This document shows positions 49,521-59,381 of a stretch of 64,000 bases of DNA, piece after piece (within the stretch, counting starts at the first letter, position 1; each line of letters begins with the position of its first letter). The notes below the pieces were generated by a model. The model did not search any database. It saw only the letters and a list, made by a program, of their open reading frames with translations, and had not been told where the DNA came from. The position numbers and the translations under genes were made by a program. Origin of the DNA: Patescibacteria group bacterium (GTDB lineage: Bacteria > Patescibacteriota > Minisyncoccia > Phycocordibacterales > UBA9973); NCBI GenBank assembly GCA_038078255.1, contig JBBUEH010000002.1, forward strand, positions 7,534 to 71,533, given 5' to 3'.

Positions 49521-50579
49521 TTATATCATGCGCTTGAGTCCTTTGGGATTAAGGGAATACTGGTAAGCATTTTCTATCGAAATTTCACCGGAGCGCACCA
49601 ACTCCGTGAGAGAATGATTCAAATCTATCATGCCAGACTCTGATCCTGTTTCTATAACCACATTAATTTCATGCGTCCGTTTCTCGCGAATTAAATTCGA
49701 CACAGCATTATTGTTTAAAAGAAGTTCGTAAGCAGGAATCAGTCCCCCAGCAATTCTGGGTAGAAGTCTTTGGGAGAAAATCCCGAGCAACGAAGATGAA
49801 AGCTGAACCCGAATTTGATCTTGCTGATCGCCCGGAAAGGAATCAATAATTCTATCTATGGTCTGCGCAGCATTGTTGGTATGGAGAGTAGAAAGCACAA
49901 GATGTCCAGTTTCAGCCGCCGTCACTGCCGTGGCCATGGTCTCTGGTGTACGCATTTCGCCGATCATTATAACATTCACATCTTCCCGAAAGACAGATCG
50001 AAGCGCAATGTGAAAATCTTTAGTATCAATGCCCACCTCTCTTTGACTGATGATAGATTTATTAGGTATATAAACATGCTCAATCGGATCTTCGATAGTA
50101 ATAATGTTGCAAGCTTTTTCGTTGTTAATTAAATTAACCATAGCCGAAAGAGTAGTTGACTTTCCTTGTCCCACAGGACCCACCACTAGGAAAAATCCTT
50201 GTTTCTTGCAAGCTAGATCAGCCAAAATAGGAGGTAAATTTAATTCTTTCAGAGTCTTCACCTTCGGCACCAAACGAAAAGCCATACTAATCAAACCTTT
50301 TTGGAAAAAAGCATTGCCTCGAAGTCGAGCCTTCCCGTGAAAATCATAAGAAAAATCTACTTCTTGGTTTTTCATAAACGCATCAACTTTTTGTTTTTCT
50401 AACACCTCACCCAAAACACCCATCATATCTTCTTGGGTAAAAACTTGGTGTTTGACTAAAAAGATCAGCTCTCCGGACAGACGAATAGCCGGCACTCGTC
50501 CTGCGCCAAGATGCAAGTCTGAACCATTTTCATTAATCACAGTTGAAATAAGATCTTCTAGTTCTTTTTTATAATCCAT
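49521..50579 (-). CDS. pilT: twitching-motility retraction ATPase PilT
   Basis: 352 aa; Walker A GPVGQGKST; PilT-type Asp/His boxes. Confidence 0.85.
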   Translation of the reverse strand: MDYKKELEDLISTVINENGSDLHLGAGRVPAIRLSGELIFLVKHQVFTQEDMMGVLGEVLEKQKVDAFMKNQEVDFSYDFHGKARLRGNAFFQKGLISMAFRLVPKVKTLKELNLPPILADLACKKQGFFLVVGPVGQGKSTTLSAMVNLINNEKACNIITIEDPIEHVYIPNKSIISQREVGIDTKDFHIALRSVFREDVNVIMIGEMRTPETMATAVTAAETGHLVLSTLHTNNAAQTIDRIIDSFPGDQQDQIRVQLSSSLLGIFSQRLLPRIAGGLIPAYELLLNNNAVSNLIREKRTHEINVVIETGSESGMIDLNHSLTELVRSGEISIENAYQYSLNPKGLKRMI

Positions 50580-50590
50580 GTGTTTTTGTT

Positions 50591-50992
50591 TTATTTCGGA
50601 ATGACAATTTTCTTAGATAAAATATTGACTACTTCGTTGATGACTTCGAGCGGAGTAGAATTGGCCTTGATGATATAGCCCGACACTCCTAATTTGTTTC
50701 CTCGCTCCACATCTGCCTGTTCGCTCTTGTTGGATAAAATTATTTTCACCGAATCCGGAGACAAATTATCTTTATTTATTTTTTCTAACATCTCAAAACC
50801 ATCCATTTCAGGCATTATGATATCAACTAAAAAAATGTTCGGCTGAAGCCCACTTTTAATTTTTTCGATAGCTTCTACGCCATTCTCTGCTGTATAAACA
50901 TCGAAATTATTCTGGCTAAATTTCAATGCATACATGTCTAAAAGAAAATTATCATCATCTACTATCAAAATTTTTCTTTTTTCTCCTTCCAT
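50591..50992 (-). CDS. single-domain response regulator (CheY/PilH-like REC)
   Basis: KILIVDDDNFLLDMY...VDIIMPEMDG; a stand-alone receiver domain. Confidence 0.8.
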   Translation of the reverse strand: MEGEKRKILIVDDDNFLLDMYALKFSQNNFDVYTAENGVEAIEKIKSGLQPNIFLVDIIMPEMDGFEMLEKINKDNLSPDSVKIILSNKSEQADVERGNKLGVSGYIIKANSTPLEVINEVVNILSKKIVIPK

Positions 50993-51053
50993 ATTATATT
51001 AGACAATTATACTACAAAACGGCTTTGAATTGGCTTGAGTGTGGATAACTCCC

Positions 51054-52802
51054 TTATTCATTTTCATTACTAAAATTATACACTTCGGTAAAAGGAATCG
51101 TTCCTTGGATAGATTTGAGCATGGCGTCTTCTTTCATCATCAGCATTCCATTCTTGCGAGCTACTTTATAAATTTCTCCATTGGTAGGACTTTTTAATAT
51201 GACATTTTGCATTTCTTTGTCTACATTAAACATTTCAAAAACAGCAATACGGCCCCTTGTGCCAGAAGGACAATCGTTCGATGGAACGGTGTCATACATT
51301 TGCCCCTTAATTCCAATTTCCTGTTTAAATTTATCTGGCAAATCTTTCATCTGCTCTTCAATTTGCATTTTAATGCTTTCGTCCATCGGCACAAGTTTGC
51401 GTGAAGACGGACAAGTAAGACGAGCTAGACGTTGCGCCACGGACAGAATCAGAGTGGGCGCAATTAAATACGGATCAACTCCCATGTCCACCAAACGAGG
51501 CACTGCGCCGATGGCGTTGTTGGTATGTAAAGTGGAGAGAACCAGGTGTCCAGTCAAAGCCGCTTGAATGGCCAATTGAGCTGTTTCTTTGTCACGAATT
51601 TCTCCAACCATGATGATGTCCGGATCTTGCCGAAGAACGGAACGAAGTCCGGAAGCAAAAGTATATCCAATCTCCGGCATCATTTGCGACTGATTCACAT
51701 CGGGCATGTGATATTCCACGGGATCTTCGAGAGAAACAATGTTGCTTTTTTCTTTATCCAGTTCGTTCATCATGGAGTAAAGAGTGGTAGATTTTCCAGA
51801 TCCGGTCGGACCAGTAATTAGAATGAGTCCGTACGGTTTCTTGATCGCCTCTCGCATCATGTTCAGATTTCTTTCTGAGAGACCTAATTGATCTAAAGGT
51901 TTTACCCCCTTTTCAGAATCGAGAATTCGCATGACCACCTTTTCTCCATAATATGCCGGCAGAGTAGAAACACGAAAATCAATTTTCCGTCCATCAATAT
52001 TGGCGCTGAATGATCCATCTTGGGGTTTTCTTTTCTCATCTAATCGAAGTTTGGATAAAATTTTCACTCGGGCTACTATCCCACTGTAAATATTTGGTGG
52101 CAACATTATGGTAGTGCGCAGAATTCCATCCACTCGAAAACGCACTTTCACCTTTTCTCCAGTGTGTTCAATATGGATGTCGGAAGCGTTGCCCTCTATC
52201 GCATTACGCAAGATAACCGCCACGATCTTGATCACCGGGGCATCTTCGACTATTTTCTTTTCTTCGCCTGATTTGACACCCTTGATTTCTTTACTTAAAT
52301 TTTCTTCACTTACATTTTTAGCATCAAATGACTCATCGTCCCCGAACTCTCCCAAGGCTTCATCTACTTGACTCGACAAACCTTTATAAGTTTCTAAAAT
52401 ACTCTCAAAGTCGCTCTTGGAAATAAGAAAAATCTTAAAGGGAATGCCTTCTTTGGCAGAAATAAATTGCAAAGCATCCATCGCTTGCATATTTTCCGGA
52501 TCCGTAATGCCCACCTCGAGCACCCCATCCTTTAGTTCAATTGGAGCAAAATGATAATGCGTGGCTGAGTCTTCCGAAATATATTTTAATACATCAAAGG
52601 GGTGTTTCTGTTGATCAATTTTCTTAATAGGAATTTGCAAATATTTCCCTTTGATTTCAAGAATTTTTTCTTCCGTTATGCCAGATTCGATTAATGCTTC
52701 GTCTATGTCTCCATTATATTTCTCTTTGGCCCGAGTTTTTATATCACCTATTTGGCTTTTTTGAATTACATTTTCTTTTACTAACTCTTCTAAAAAACTC
52801 AT
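51054..52802 (-). CDS. pilB: type IV pilus assembly ATPase PilB (GspE family)
   Basis: GspE N-terminal domains; Walker A GPTGSGKST; tetracysteine motif. Confidence 0.9.
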   Translation of the reverse strand: MSFLEELVKENVIQKSQIGDIKTRAKEKYNGDIDEALIESGITEEKILEIKGKYLQIPIKKIDQQKHPFDVLKYISEDSATHYHFAPIELKDGVLEVGITDPENMQAMDALQFISAKEGIPFKIFLISKSDFESILETYKGLSSQVDEALGEFGDDESFDAKNVSEENLSKEIKGVKSGEEKKIVEDAPVIKIVAVILRNAIEGNASDIHIEHTGEKVKVRFRVDGILRTTIMLPPNIYSGIVARVKILSKLRLDEKRKPQDGSFSANIDGRKIDFRVSTLPAYYGEKVVMRILDSEKGVKPLDQLGLSERNLNMMREAIKKPYGLILITGPTGSGKSTTLYSMMNELDKEKSNIVSLEDPVEYHMPDVNQSQMMPEIGYTFASGLRSVLRQDPDIIMVGEIRDKETAQLAIQAALTGHLVLSTLHTNNAIGAVPRLVDMGVDPYLIAPTLILSVAQRLARLTCPSSRKLVPMDESIKMQIEEQMKDLPDKFKQEIGIKGQMYDTVPSNDCPSGTRGRIAVFEMFNVDKEMQNVILKSPTNGEIYKVARKNGMLMMKEDAMLKSIQGTIPFTEVYNFSNENE

Positions 52803-52809
52803 AATTAAA

Positions 52810-53241
52810 TTACGGGGTTAGGGGTGGAGCTGGATTAGTTGTGGGAGGAACTGTGGCTGGAATTCCGGTGGTGGCTGGAGCGGTAGTATCTATAGGTGGC
52901 AACACCACAACATCGGTGCCAATTGGAGCAAATGGATTAGGTCTACCTTCATTGCCATCTGGAATCAGAATAATGCTGGAGTCATGCAAAGAACGAAAGG
53001 CATTGCTAGAAAAAATAGCATCGTTTAATTTAATATTTTTAACATTTAAAAGAAGAGCCAAAAATTCTTGAGCGATAGCTGAAGTGTCGCCAGAAATTGT
53101 AGTCATTGGTTCCTGCGAATCCGGCAAAGAAGAGACCAACGAAGCATCTTCGTCCGGAGAAGCCTTGATGAAAAAAATATAAACTAAGACGAGAATTATT
53201 CCAATCACTAAGAATATTATTATGTTTTTTATTTTTGGCAT
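52810..53241 (-). CDS. membrane-anchored Pro/Thr-rich protein (PilP-like position)
   Basis: N-terminal transmembrane helix and C-terminal PATTGIPATVPPTTNPAPPLTP. Confidence 0.35.
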   Translation of the reverse strand: MPKIKNIIIFLVIGIILVLVYIFFIKASPDEDASLVSSLPDSQEPMTTISGDTSAIAQEFLALLLNVKNIKLNDAIFSSNAFRSLHDSSIILIPDGNEGRPNPFAPIGTDVVVLPPIDTTAPATTGIPATVPPTTNPAPPLTP

Positions 53242-53254
53242 TTTTGATTTTATT

Positions 53255-53878
53255 TTAATTTTTTAACCAATAAGTTTTAATTTTGAAACTATATTTGTAA
53301 ACCTCGTCACTGGATAACTTGCCGACCAGAGGAGCCACCCTGGTATCTGTAGACGAAAATTGGACGGCTGCTATGTCTACAATCCTCAGGTTGCTTTGGA
53401 GATCTCTTGAAAAATGAAGAAAATTATTGTAAGTACCCATGGTGGAAAATTCTAAATTCCAGATCCCATAATCCTTTTGCAAAGCCGGATCTACTGCGCC
53501 CCCTTGAATATCTCCCGCCGGCAGAGATTTACTAGGATCTGTTGTAACCTTCTTCATGGGTGTATCGTATTTCACATCTTTCAGCGTCATGCCATACGGA
53601 GAAGCTACTTGTTCTATTTCTAGAATCAGGCGAATGTTGTCAATATTTTCGGGCAAAAGTTTTTGGAGTTTTATCAAATCCTCTGGATTAATAGAATTAT
53701 ATTTGGCTGTTAGTTTGTCTCTTTCATTTTCAAGCATTTTGGAATTATTTAAAGCTTCGTCATAAGACGCCACCTCTGTTCGCAAAAGAGAAATGCTGTT
53801 GTAAATAGGATGAGTAAAGACGAAAAAAACAGCGATGGAAACTCCTACTAAAATGATGGGGGTAATGAATCTTGTCAT
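53255..53878 (-). CDS. PilO-like pilus assembly protein
   Basis: Single N-terminal transmembrane helix, coiled coil and periplasmic domain. Position after the PilN-like gene. Confidence 0.45.
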   Translation of the reverse strand: MTRFITPIILVGVSIAVFFVFTHPIYNSISLLRTEVASYDEALNNSKMLENERDKLTAKYNSINPEDLIKLQKLLPENIDNIRLILEIEQVASPYGMTLKDVKYDTPMKKVTTDPSKSLPAGDIQGGAVDPALQKDYGIWNLEFSTMGTYNNFLHFSRDLQSNLRIVDIAAVQFSSTDTRVAPLVGKLSSDEVYKYSFKIKTYWLKN

Positions 53879-53892
53879 AAAAATAAAATAAA

Positions 53893-54489
53893 TCAGCTCT
53901 CCACCTCGAGGGTGGTTTTGTAATCAAATAAAAGCGGATCGACCATAAATTCTAAATCAAAAAGCACACTGCCTTTGTCGTCCAACGAAAGATTGAAAAA
54001 AATGGGATCAATCAAATTTCTATTTTGAGCAAAGAGATCAGACTGAAGCGCCACCGAACGATACCCTATTGCCTGTCCGCTCATTTTAATAGTAACAATT
54101 CTGGTTTGATCACCCTTGAAATCATAACTGAATTTCGTATAACGAACGGTTTTCATCGTAATAGCTTGGAGCGCCTCGAAAATGGGAGTCACCGCAATGT
54201 GTTTTGCTAAAATTTCCTCCGATGCGTCCAAGCGCCTGCTCAACACTTGAAGTTCTGTTATTTTAGAAGGCTCAAAACGATTTTTGGCCAAAGTGAGATC
54301 GCTTTCCATCTTGACCAGACTGCGAGCCACAATCTTTTTATAAAAATAAAGACCAGCGGAAGTGAGTAGGATTGAAAATAATATAAAAATAGAGACAACC
54401 GAAAAAATACCAAAAGATCGGGGTGCTCCCACCCGTTCGTCGATCATGGGCTTTTTAGGTATAAATGATGTTTGAAAATTCGGTTCCAT
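53893..54489 (-). CDS. PilN-like pilus assembly protein
   Basis: Short cytoplasmic N-terminus, transmembrane helix and periplasmic domain; directly follows pilM. Confidence 0.45.
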   Translation of the reverse strand: MEPNFQTSFIPKKPMIDERVGAPRSFGIFSVVSIFILFSILLTSAGLYFYKKIVARSLVKMESDLTLAKNRFEPSKITELQVLSRRLDASEEILAKHIAVTPIFEALQAITMKTVRYTKFSYDFKGDQTRIVTIKMSGQAIGYRSVALQSDLFAQNRNLIDPIFFNLSLDDKGSVLFDLEFMVDPLLFDYKTTLEVES

Positions 54490-54581
54490 TTTACCCTACT
54501 ATTATATTACAAAAACAATTTTAAATGAAGTATGTTGTGTATAACTTTAAGTAATAACCGTAATTTTGTCGATTATTATGT

Positions 54582-55721
54582 TTATTGAAGTTTTCGCAAC
54601 GCAAGCCCAATCGCTACTCCAAATTCGGGACCGATATTTTGCAGTACTTTTTCTAAGAATGCCGGAGTGTTCACTTTCGAGAACGGGTGACCCACTTCTA
54701 TTTCTGCTCGAAGATTGTTGGCCGCTACTTCGACTAATCCCTTTAAAAGAGCTCCGCCACCGGTGAAGATTACTTTGCTGATAGTCCTATTGTACTTTTT
54801 CTCATATCCCAATAACACATTATTGATTTCAGCAAAAATATAATCAAGGTGCACTCTGATAATATCCGGCAAACCCTTTTCTGCTCCATTTTCAAAAAGA
54901 CCAAACTCTTTTTTCATCTTTTCCGCTTCGAAAAATGGAATGCTGAGAGCGGTGGAAATAGAAGTGGAGATGTCCGCTCCTCCCCTCTCGATGGTGTGAT
55001 AACTCTTGATCATGCCAAATTCGACAATAGAAAGTTTCGTCCGAGCGGCGCCGAAGTCTATCAACAACACTGGGGAAAGTTCATGTTCAAAATTAGCTCT
55101 AATGGAAGAAAATATTTCAATCTCAAAAAAGGAAGCAGTCAGAGAAGATTCTGAAACAATGGAGCGAAATTTGGAAATAGCATCATTTTGAGTGGCCACA
55201 ACAAGCACATTTTTCTTTTCTTCGGATTGAGCTGAAACATTGGAATCACTCACTTCTTTATTCATCTCTTCAAAAGAAGCTTCTTTCTGGGGTAAAACAA
55301 AATAATCCAGAGAAACTTCTGTCATGGCTATCGGAATATATTTACGAGCTTCGGTCGAAATTATCGTCGGCATTTCACTCTCGGACACTTGACCCGGAAG
55401 CGAAATGGAAAAAATCAAACTAGCCTGGACTGGGATAGCGAAGGCTCCTTCGGTACTACTCACCCCGGACTGCTTGAAAACTTCTTTGATGGCTTCGGCT
55501 ATTTTAAAAACTGGAAGATTCGTCACACTTCCAGCAGGGAGAGTGGCATAGGGGCCTAGAGCGATTGTTCCGTAAGTTTCCAGTATTGCTTTGCCTCTCT
55601 TTTTTTTAATCTCCACGATCTTGATGGCTGAAGAACCTATGTCAATACCGACAGCGCTCCCTTCTGCGCTACTTCCAAGATTGCTGATTTGTTCGAAAAA
55701 ACTTTTTAATGGATTACGCAT
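54582..55721 (-). CDS. pilM: type IV pilus assembly protein PilM (actin-like ATPase)
   Basis: VGIDIGSSAIKIVEI actin-fold phosphate-1 motif. Trimmed to Met at 55721; the longer track ORF overlaps comF. Confidence 0.8.
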   Translation of the reverse strand: MRNPLKSFFEQISNLGSSAEGSAVGIDIGSSAIKIVEIKKKRGKAILETYGTIALGPYATLPAGSVTNLPVFKIAEAIKEVFKQSGVSSTEGAFAIPVQASLIFSISLPGQVSESEMPTIISTEARKYIPIAMTEVSLDYFVLPQKEASFEEMNKEVSDSNVSAQSEEKKNVLVVATQNDAISKFRSIVSESSLTASFFEIEIFSSIRANFEHELSPVLLIDFGAARTKLSIVEFGMIKSYHTIERGGADISTSISTALSIPFFEAEKMKKEFGLFENGAEKGLPDIIRVHLDYIFAEINNVLLGYEKKYNRTISKVIFTGGGALLKGLVEVAANNLRAEIEVGHPFSKVNTPAFLEKVLQNIGPEFGVAIGLALRKLQ

Positions 55722-55743
55722 TCGTGTTAAGATTATAACATAT

Positions 55744-56415
55744 ATGCAGTTTTTAAACACAGTCTTAAACATCCTCTTCCCAATAAAGTGCCTCTCTTGC
55801 GGAATATCTGGAGCAGATTTATGTTTAACCTGCCTCGCTGACTGTCCGCCCGCCGAACGAGAAAGCGCCAAGTGGATTTTCCCTATTTTTGATTATCGCC
55901 ATCCACCGATCAAGAAAGCGTTGTGGTTCTTCAAATACAAAGGCAAGAAAGGGTTGGCAAACATCTTCGCCGAAATTTTATATGAAAGAATTTTAGAAGA
56001 AATGGCAGACTTGAGTGTTCTGGAAAATTTTCGTCACCCACTTTTGATCCCTATCCCTCTTTCTCCTTCCAGATATCGTGAACGAGGATACAATCAAGCC
56101 GAGTTGCTTGGTCGAGCATTAGTAAAAATAGACACTCTCCGCTCTGGCTTAGATCTAAAGTTAGAAAATAATATTTTAATTAAACCAAAAGACACAATAC
56201 ATCAAGCGCATATTGAAAACAGGTCAGAACGGCTCCGAAACATCATCGGTTCTTTCGCCCTAAAAAATAAAGAAGAAAATTTGAATAAAATAAAAAATAG
56301 AAACATCATTCTGATAGACGACATCACCACCACCGGCGCCACCCTGACCGAAGCCAAGAAAATCTTGAAACAACATGGTGCCAGAAAAATAATAGCTTTC
56401 ACCCTAGCGCATTAG
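55744..56415 (+). CDS. comF: competence protein ComF (phosphoribosyltransferase-like, ComFC)
   Basis: N-terminal 4-Cys (CLSCG...CLTCLADC) and PRTase motif IILIDDITTTGATL. Trimmed to Met at 55744. Confidence 0.75.
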   Translation: MQFLNTVLNILFPIKCLSCGISGADLCLTCLADCPPAERESAKWIFPIFDYRHPPIKKALWFFKYKGKKGLANIFAEILYERILEEMADLSVLENFRHPLLIPIPLSPSRYRERGYNQAELLGRALVKIDTLRSGLDLKLENNILIKPKDTIHQAHIENRSERLRNIIGSFALKNKEENLNKIKNRNIILIDDITTTGATLTEAKKILKQHGARKIIAFTLAH

Positions 56416-56438
56416 AAATTAATTTTTGATATACTGCT

Positions 56439-57464
56439 GTGATGAAACCTGCAATCGGAATTTATATACCGTATTGGTTCCAAAATTGTAGTGAGTCAGA
56501 TAAAATGTTTGCGGACGAATTATTTAAGACCATAAAAAACAGTGGTCATTATAATCCGTTATTATTAAATTTATCTAAACTCAAACTATCTTCTCAAAAA
56601 GAGGCTCTAAAATTTTGTCATCACAATAATCTTGCGCTAATTATGCACCATGATTCACCATTTTTCTCATCAAATATAAGATATAAAAATAATGTCAGAT
56701 TTTTAGAAAACTGTGTTCCATTTGTTAATTCTACAAAAGCTCAAGAAATAGGTTATAACAAAATAACTACAAAAAATATTTTAAGAGAAAAAGGTTTACC
56801 TGTTTTAGATGATAAAATTGTGAGTTCTTTGTTAGATTTAGAAAATCACCTAGAAGAAGGTAAGCATTATGTGATAAAACCTCCCGATCAGGGCGCAGGT
56901 ACTGGAGTAAAACTTATTAAAAAAGAAGGTCAGCAACATCACGCATACCATAACGGAAAATGGCAAAAAGTAAAAATTTCAGACAACAAAAGAAAAGACA
57001 AGCCAAATAGTTTAACTTTAAAATATAGTTTTAATTTTTTTAAATCCCCATTTTTATTTCTTCAGAAAATTAATATTGATTTTACCTATAATCCTATGCT
57101 TGTAGAACCATATTTTAATGATGATGCAGAAGGATTTTCAAGTTTGCGTTGCACTGTTATCGGCAGTGAAGTAGTGGAAGCTGTCAAAAGAACTAACCAT
57201 AATAACATAACCTCAAATGTTTCCAGCGGAGGAACAGCAAAAAAATTTGAATTAAGTGATTATCAAAAAGAAATTGCTGTAGCCGCCAAAAATGCGATAG
57301 GTGCGGATTATGCTGGTGTTGATTTTCTGGTCAGTGGTGAAAAAACAGTTATCGGAGAAGTGAACATCGGACCATTTACTTTATGGCATGAACATTCTGG
57401 CGTAAATGTTGGTAAAATATTTGGCGAGTATCTTATGAAAAAATGTGATGGGATGCGGAAGTAA
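56439..57464 (+). CDS. ATP-grasp domain protein (RimK/GSH-synthetase-like ligase)
   Basis: NKITTKNILREKGLPV, YVIKPPDQGAGTGVKLI and DYAGVDFLVSGEKTVIGEVNIGP. Confidence 0.55.
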   Translation: MMKPAIGIYIPYWFQNCSESDKMFADELFKTIKNSGHYNPLLLNLSKLKLSSQKEALKFCHHNNLALIMHHDSPFFSSNIRYKNNVRFLENCVPFVNSTKAQEIGYNKITTKNILREKGLPVLDDKIVSSLLDLENHLEEGKHYVIKPPDQGAGTGVKLIKKEGQQHHAYHNGKWQKVKISDNKRKDKPNSLTLKYSFNFFKSPFLFLQKINIDFTYNPMLVEPYFNDDAEGFSSLRCTVIGSEVVEAVKRTNHNNITSNVSSGGTAKKFELSDYQKEIAVAAKNAIGADYAGVDFLVSGEKTVIGEVNIGPFTLWHEHSGVNVGKIFGEYLMKKCDGMRK

Positions 57465-57467
57465 TTG

Positions 57468-57671
57468 TTACTTTTTGGAAGTTGAAGATTTGGTTTTTTC
57501 TTTTTCACTTTGTTCATCACGCCTAGCATCAGAAAGTTCCTGTTTGCGTTGCTCAAGTGTTTGTTCGATTTCTCGAACAGCCTGTTTAGCATCCTCTAGT
57601 TTTCTTCTTCTTATTTGAAGCTCTTCTTCGTTCCATCTTACTTTACCTTCTAGTTCGCTTACTTGACTCAT
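57468..57671 (-). CDS. small coiled-coil protein
   Basis: 67 aa, highly charged heptad pattern; lies between the two ATP-grasp genes. Confidence 0.3.
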   Translation of the reverse strand: MSQVSELEGKVRWNEEELQIRRRKLEDAKQAVREIEQTLEQRKQELSDARRDEQSEKEKTKSSTSKK

Positions 57672-57733
57672 ATAAATTTATAAGTTAATTAATAAAATAA
57701 TCCCCTGTTTTTTATTATAACTAAATTTAAACT

Positions 57734-58927
57734 TTACCGCCACAAATCCCAAATCGCGCCGGCGATGTTGCGAGGAGTGCCTTCGAGCGCATAATAATGT
57801 AAATCGATGAAAGGTAAAGTGTTGCACTCAATAATCCCCCAGCGTTGTGCATCAGCCGACTTCGTGGGGTCTGGAATAATAACATCAAAGCCAACAACCG
57901 GCAGATCCACAATATCAGCCGCTCGTTTTAAAATAGGAACAAAACTTGGATGTAATTGATCAAGCATCTCTCTCGTCCTCCCGCCGAAAAGTCGACCGGT
58001 GCGATAGGAAAGCGCTAAAGGAAATCCGAAAGGCAAAATATCCTTCAAGCCAAAGCCAGATCGTCGAATATAATTTTCCAATTCTTTATTCATTAAAACT
58101 TTTTCTACTCGATCGGGGCGCTTCTCATCTTTTTCTAAAATAAGTTCTCTGACGGTTTGCTTGCCGTCCCCGACGATAATAGGTGGAGATCCTCGATAAA
58201 ATCCCAATAATTTTCCCTGGACAAACGAGGCTCTACAGACATCTCCTTCTAGATGTTCCTCGACCGCTACGAAGGCGCATATTTCTCGAGCAATCTTGAT
58301 GCCCGCCCGAAACTGTTCCAGCGTATGAATATTGGTCACCGTATGCCGACCCCGAGAGCCTATTCTCGGCTTGACGATTATCGGCTTTTTGAATTTAGAA
58401 AATATTTGTTCTATATTTCGAGGGAAAAAAGTTGCAAATTGCAGATAGTGTGGAATAGGAATATTATTTTTAGAAAATTCTTTTTTCAATAAAAATTTAT
58501 CATCCCAATTTCTCTTCATGCTTAAAAGTCTCGAAGGTATCGGTAAACTATTGAAATAAACTAATTTACCCCTTCGTCTAGTTCGATATTGATCGAGCGG
58601 CCTGCCCCAAAGCATGAGTTGTTTCATTTTTATTCCTCGTCTTCTAGCTTCTTCCCAAATAACCCTGGAACGAAAGGTCTTGGCTTGATCAAGGTCGCTC
58701 GAGAGTTCGGCTAGACGAAAAAATAAAAGAGTTTCAAAAAAAGCCGTCAAAAGCCAATCCACGAAATCCTTCATGAAATCCGGAGCACGCCTCGTCGTTT
58801 TGATTATATGATTGTCAAAAGTAGTGGAAATTAAACTGACAAAATAAAAGAGAGCATGATGAATGGGCGCATCTCCACAATAAATACACGAACTCTTTTC
58901 TCGTTGTGGTTCTTTGAATTTTTTCAT
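57734..58927 (-). CDS. ATP-grasp domain protein (cyanophycin-synthetase/RimK-like)
   Basis: KPIIVKPRIGSRGRHTV, PPIIVGDGKQTVRELI and VVGFDVIIPDP...WGIIECNTLP. Confidence 0.5.
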   Translation of the reverse strand: MKKFKEPQREKSSCIYCGDAPIHHALFYFVSLISTTFDNHIIKTTRRAPDFMKDFVDWLLTAFFETLLFFRLAELSSDLDQAKTFRSRVIWEEARRRGIKMKQLMLWGRPLDQYRTRRRGKLVYFNSLPIPSRLLSMKRNWDDKFLLKKEFSKNNIPIPHYLQFATFFPRNIEQIFSKFKKPIIVKPRIGSRGRHTVTNIHTLEQFRAGIKIAREICAFVAVEEHLEGDVCRASFVQGKLLGFYRGSPPIIVGDGKQTVRELILEKDEKRPDRVEKVLMNKELENYIRRSGFGLKDILPFGFPLALSYRTGRLFGGRTREMLDQLHPSFVPILKRAADIVDLPVVGFDVIIPDPTKSADAQRWGIIECNTLPFIDLHYYALEGTPRNIAGAIWDLWR

Positions 58928-59069
58928 CCCAGTATTATGTAAAGAGACAGCCTAAGCTGTCTCTTTAAAAACGAACGAGCATTTTTAGTGACCTCCTGTC
59001 ATAAAGAATTTGACTTGAGATTAATAATGGCGACCTTTGATATTATAGCACAAAAATAATGGAAGCAAG

Positions 59070-59158
59070 CGGAGCCGGGCGGATTCGAACCGCCGAGGGG
59101 TTTTGAAGCCCCTGCCTCTTTAGCAAAGAGGTACGTTAGACCACTCTGACACGGCTCC
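59070..59158 (-). tRNA. tRNA-Ser (anticodon GCU), class II
   Basis: Acceptor GGAGCCG/CGGCTCC; anticodon arm CCTCT-TTGCTAA-AGAGG; long variable arm; T-arm GGCGG-TTCGAAT-CCGCC; discriminator G; no encoded CCA. Confidence 0.8.
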
Positions 59159-59233
59159 ATTTCACCTAAATACTCTAACACATTATTATTGATTTTCCAT
59201 TTCATTTTTTTCTGCTATACTTTCTTTGCTTTT

Positions 59234-59320
59234 GGATGAGTGGGTGAGTGGCTTAAACCAGCGGTTTACTAAACCGCCGTCCCTTTAAAAGGACCGTGAG
59301 TTCGAATCTCACCTCATCCG
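59234..59320 (+). tRNA. class II (long-variable-arm, G73) tRNA with atypical anticodon loop UUACUAA (apparent anticodon ACU)
   Basis: Acceptor GGATGAG/CTCATCC; 3-bp D-stem; anticodon stem GCGGT/ACCGC; variable arm GTCC-CTTTAAAA-GGAC; T-arm GTGAG-TTCGAAT-CTCAC. Confidence 0.55.
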
Positions 59321-59381
59321 CCTTCGGTTTGCAATAGCGAACCTTTAATGTAATGAAATCAATTATAGAAAATAAAAAAAT

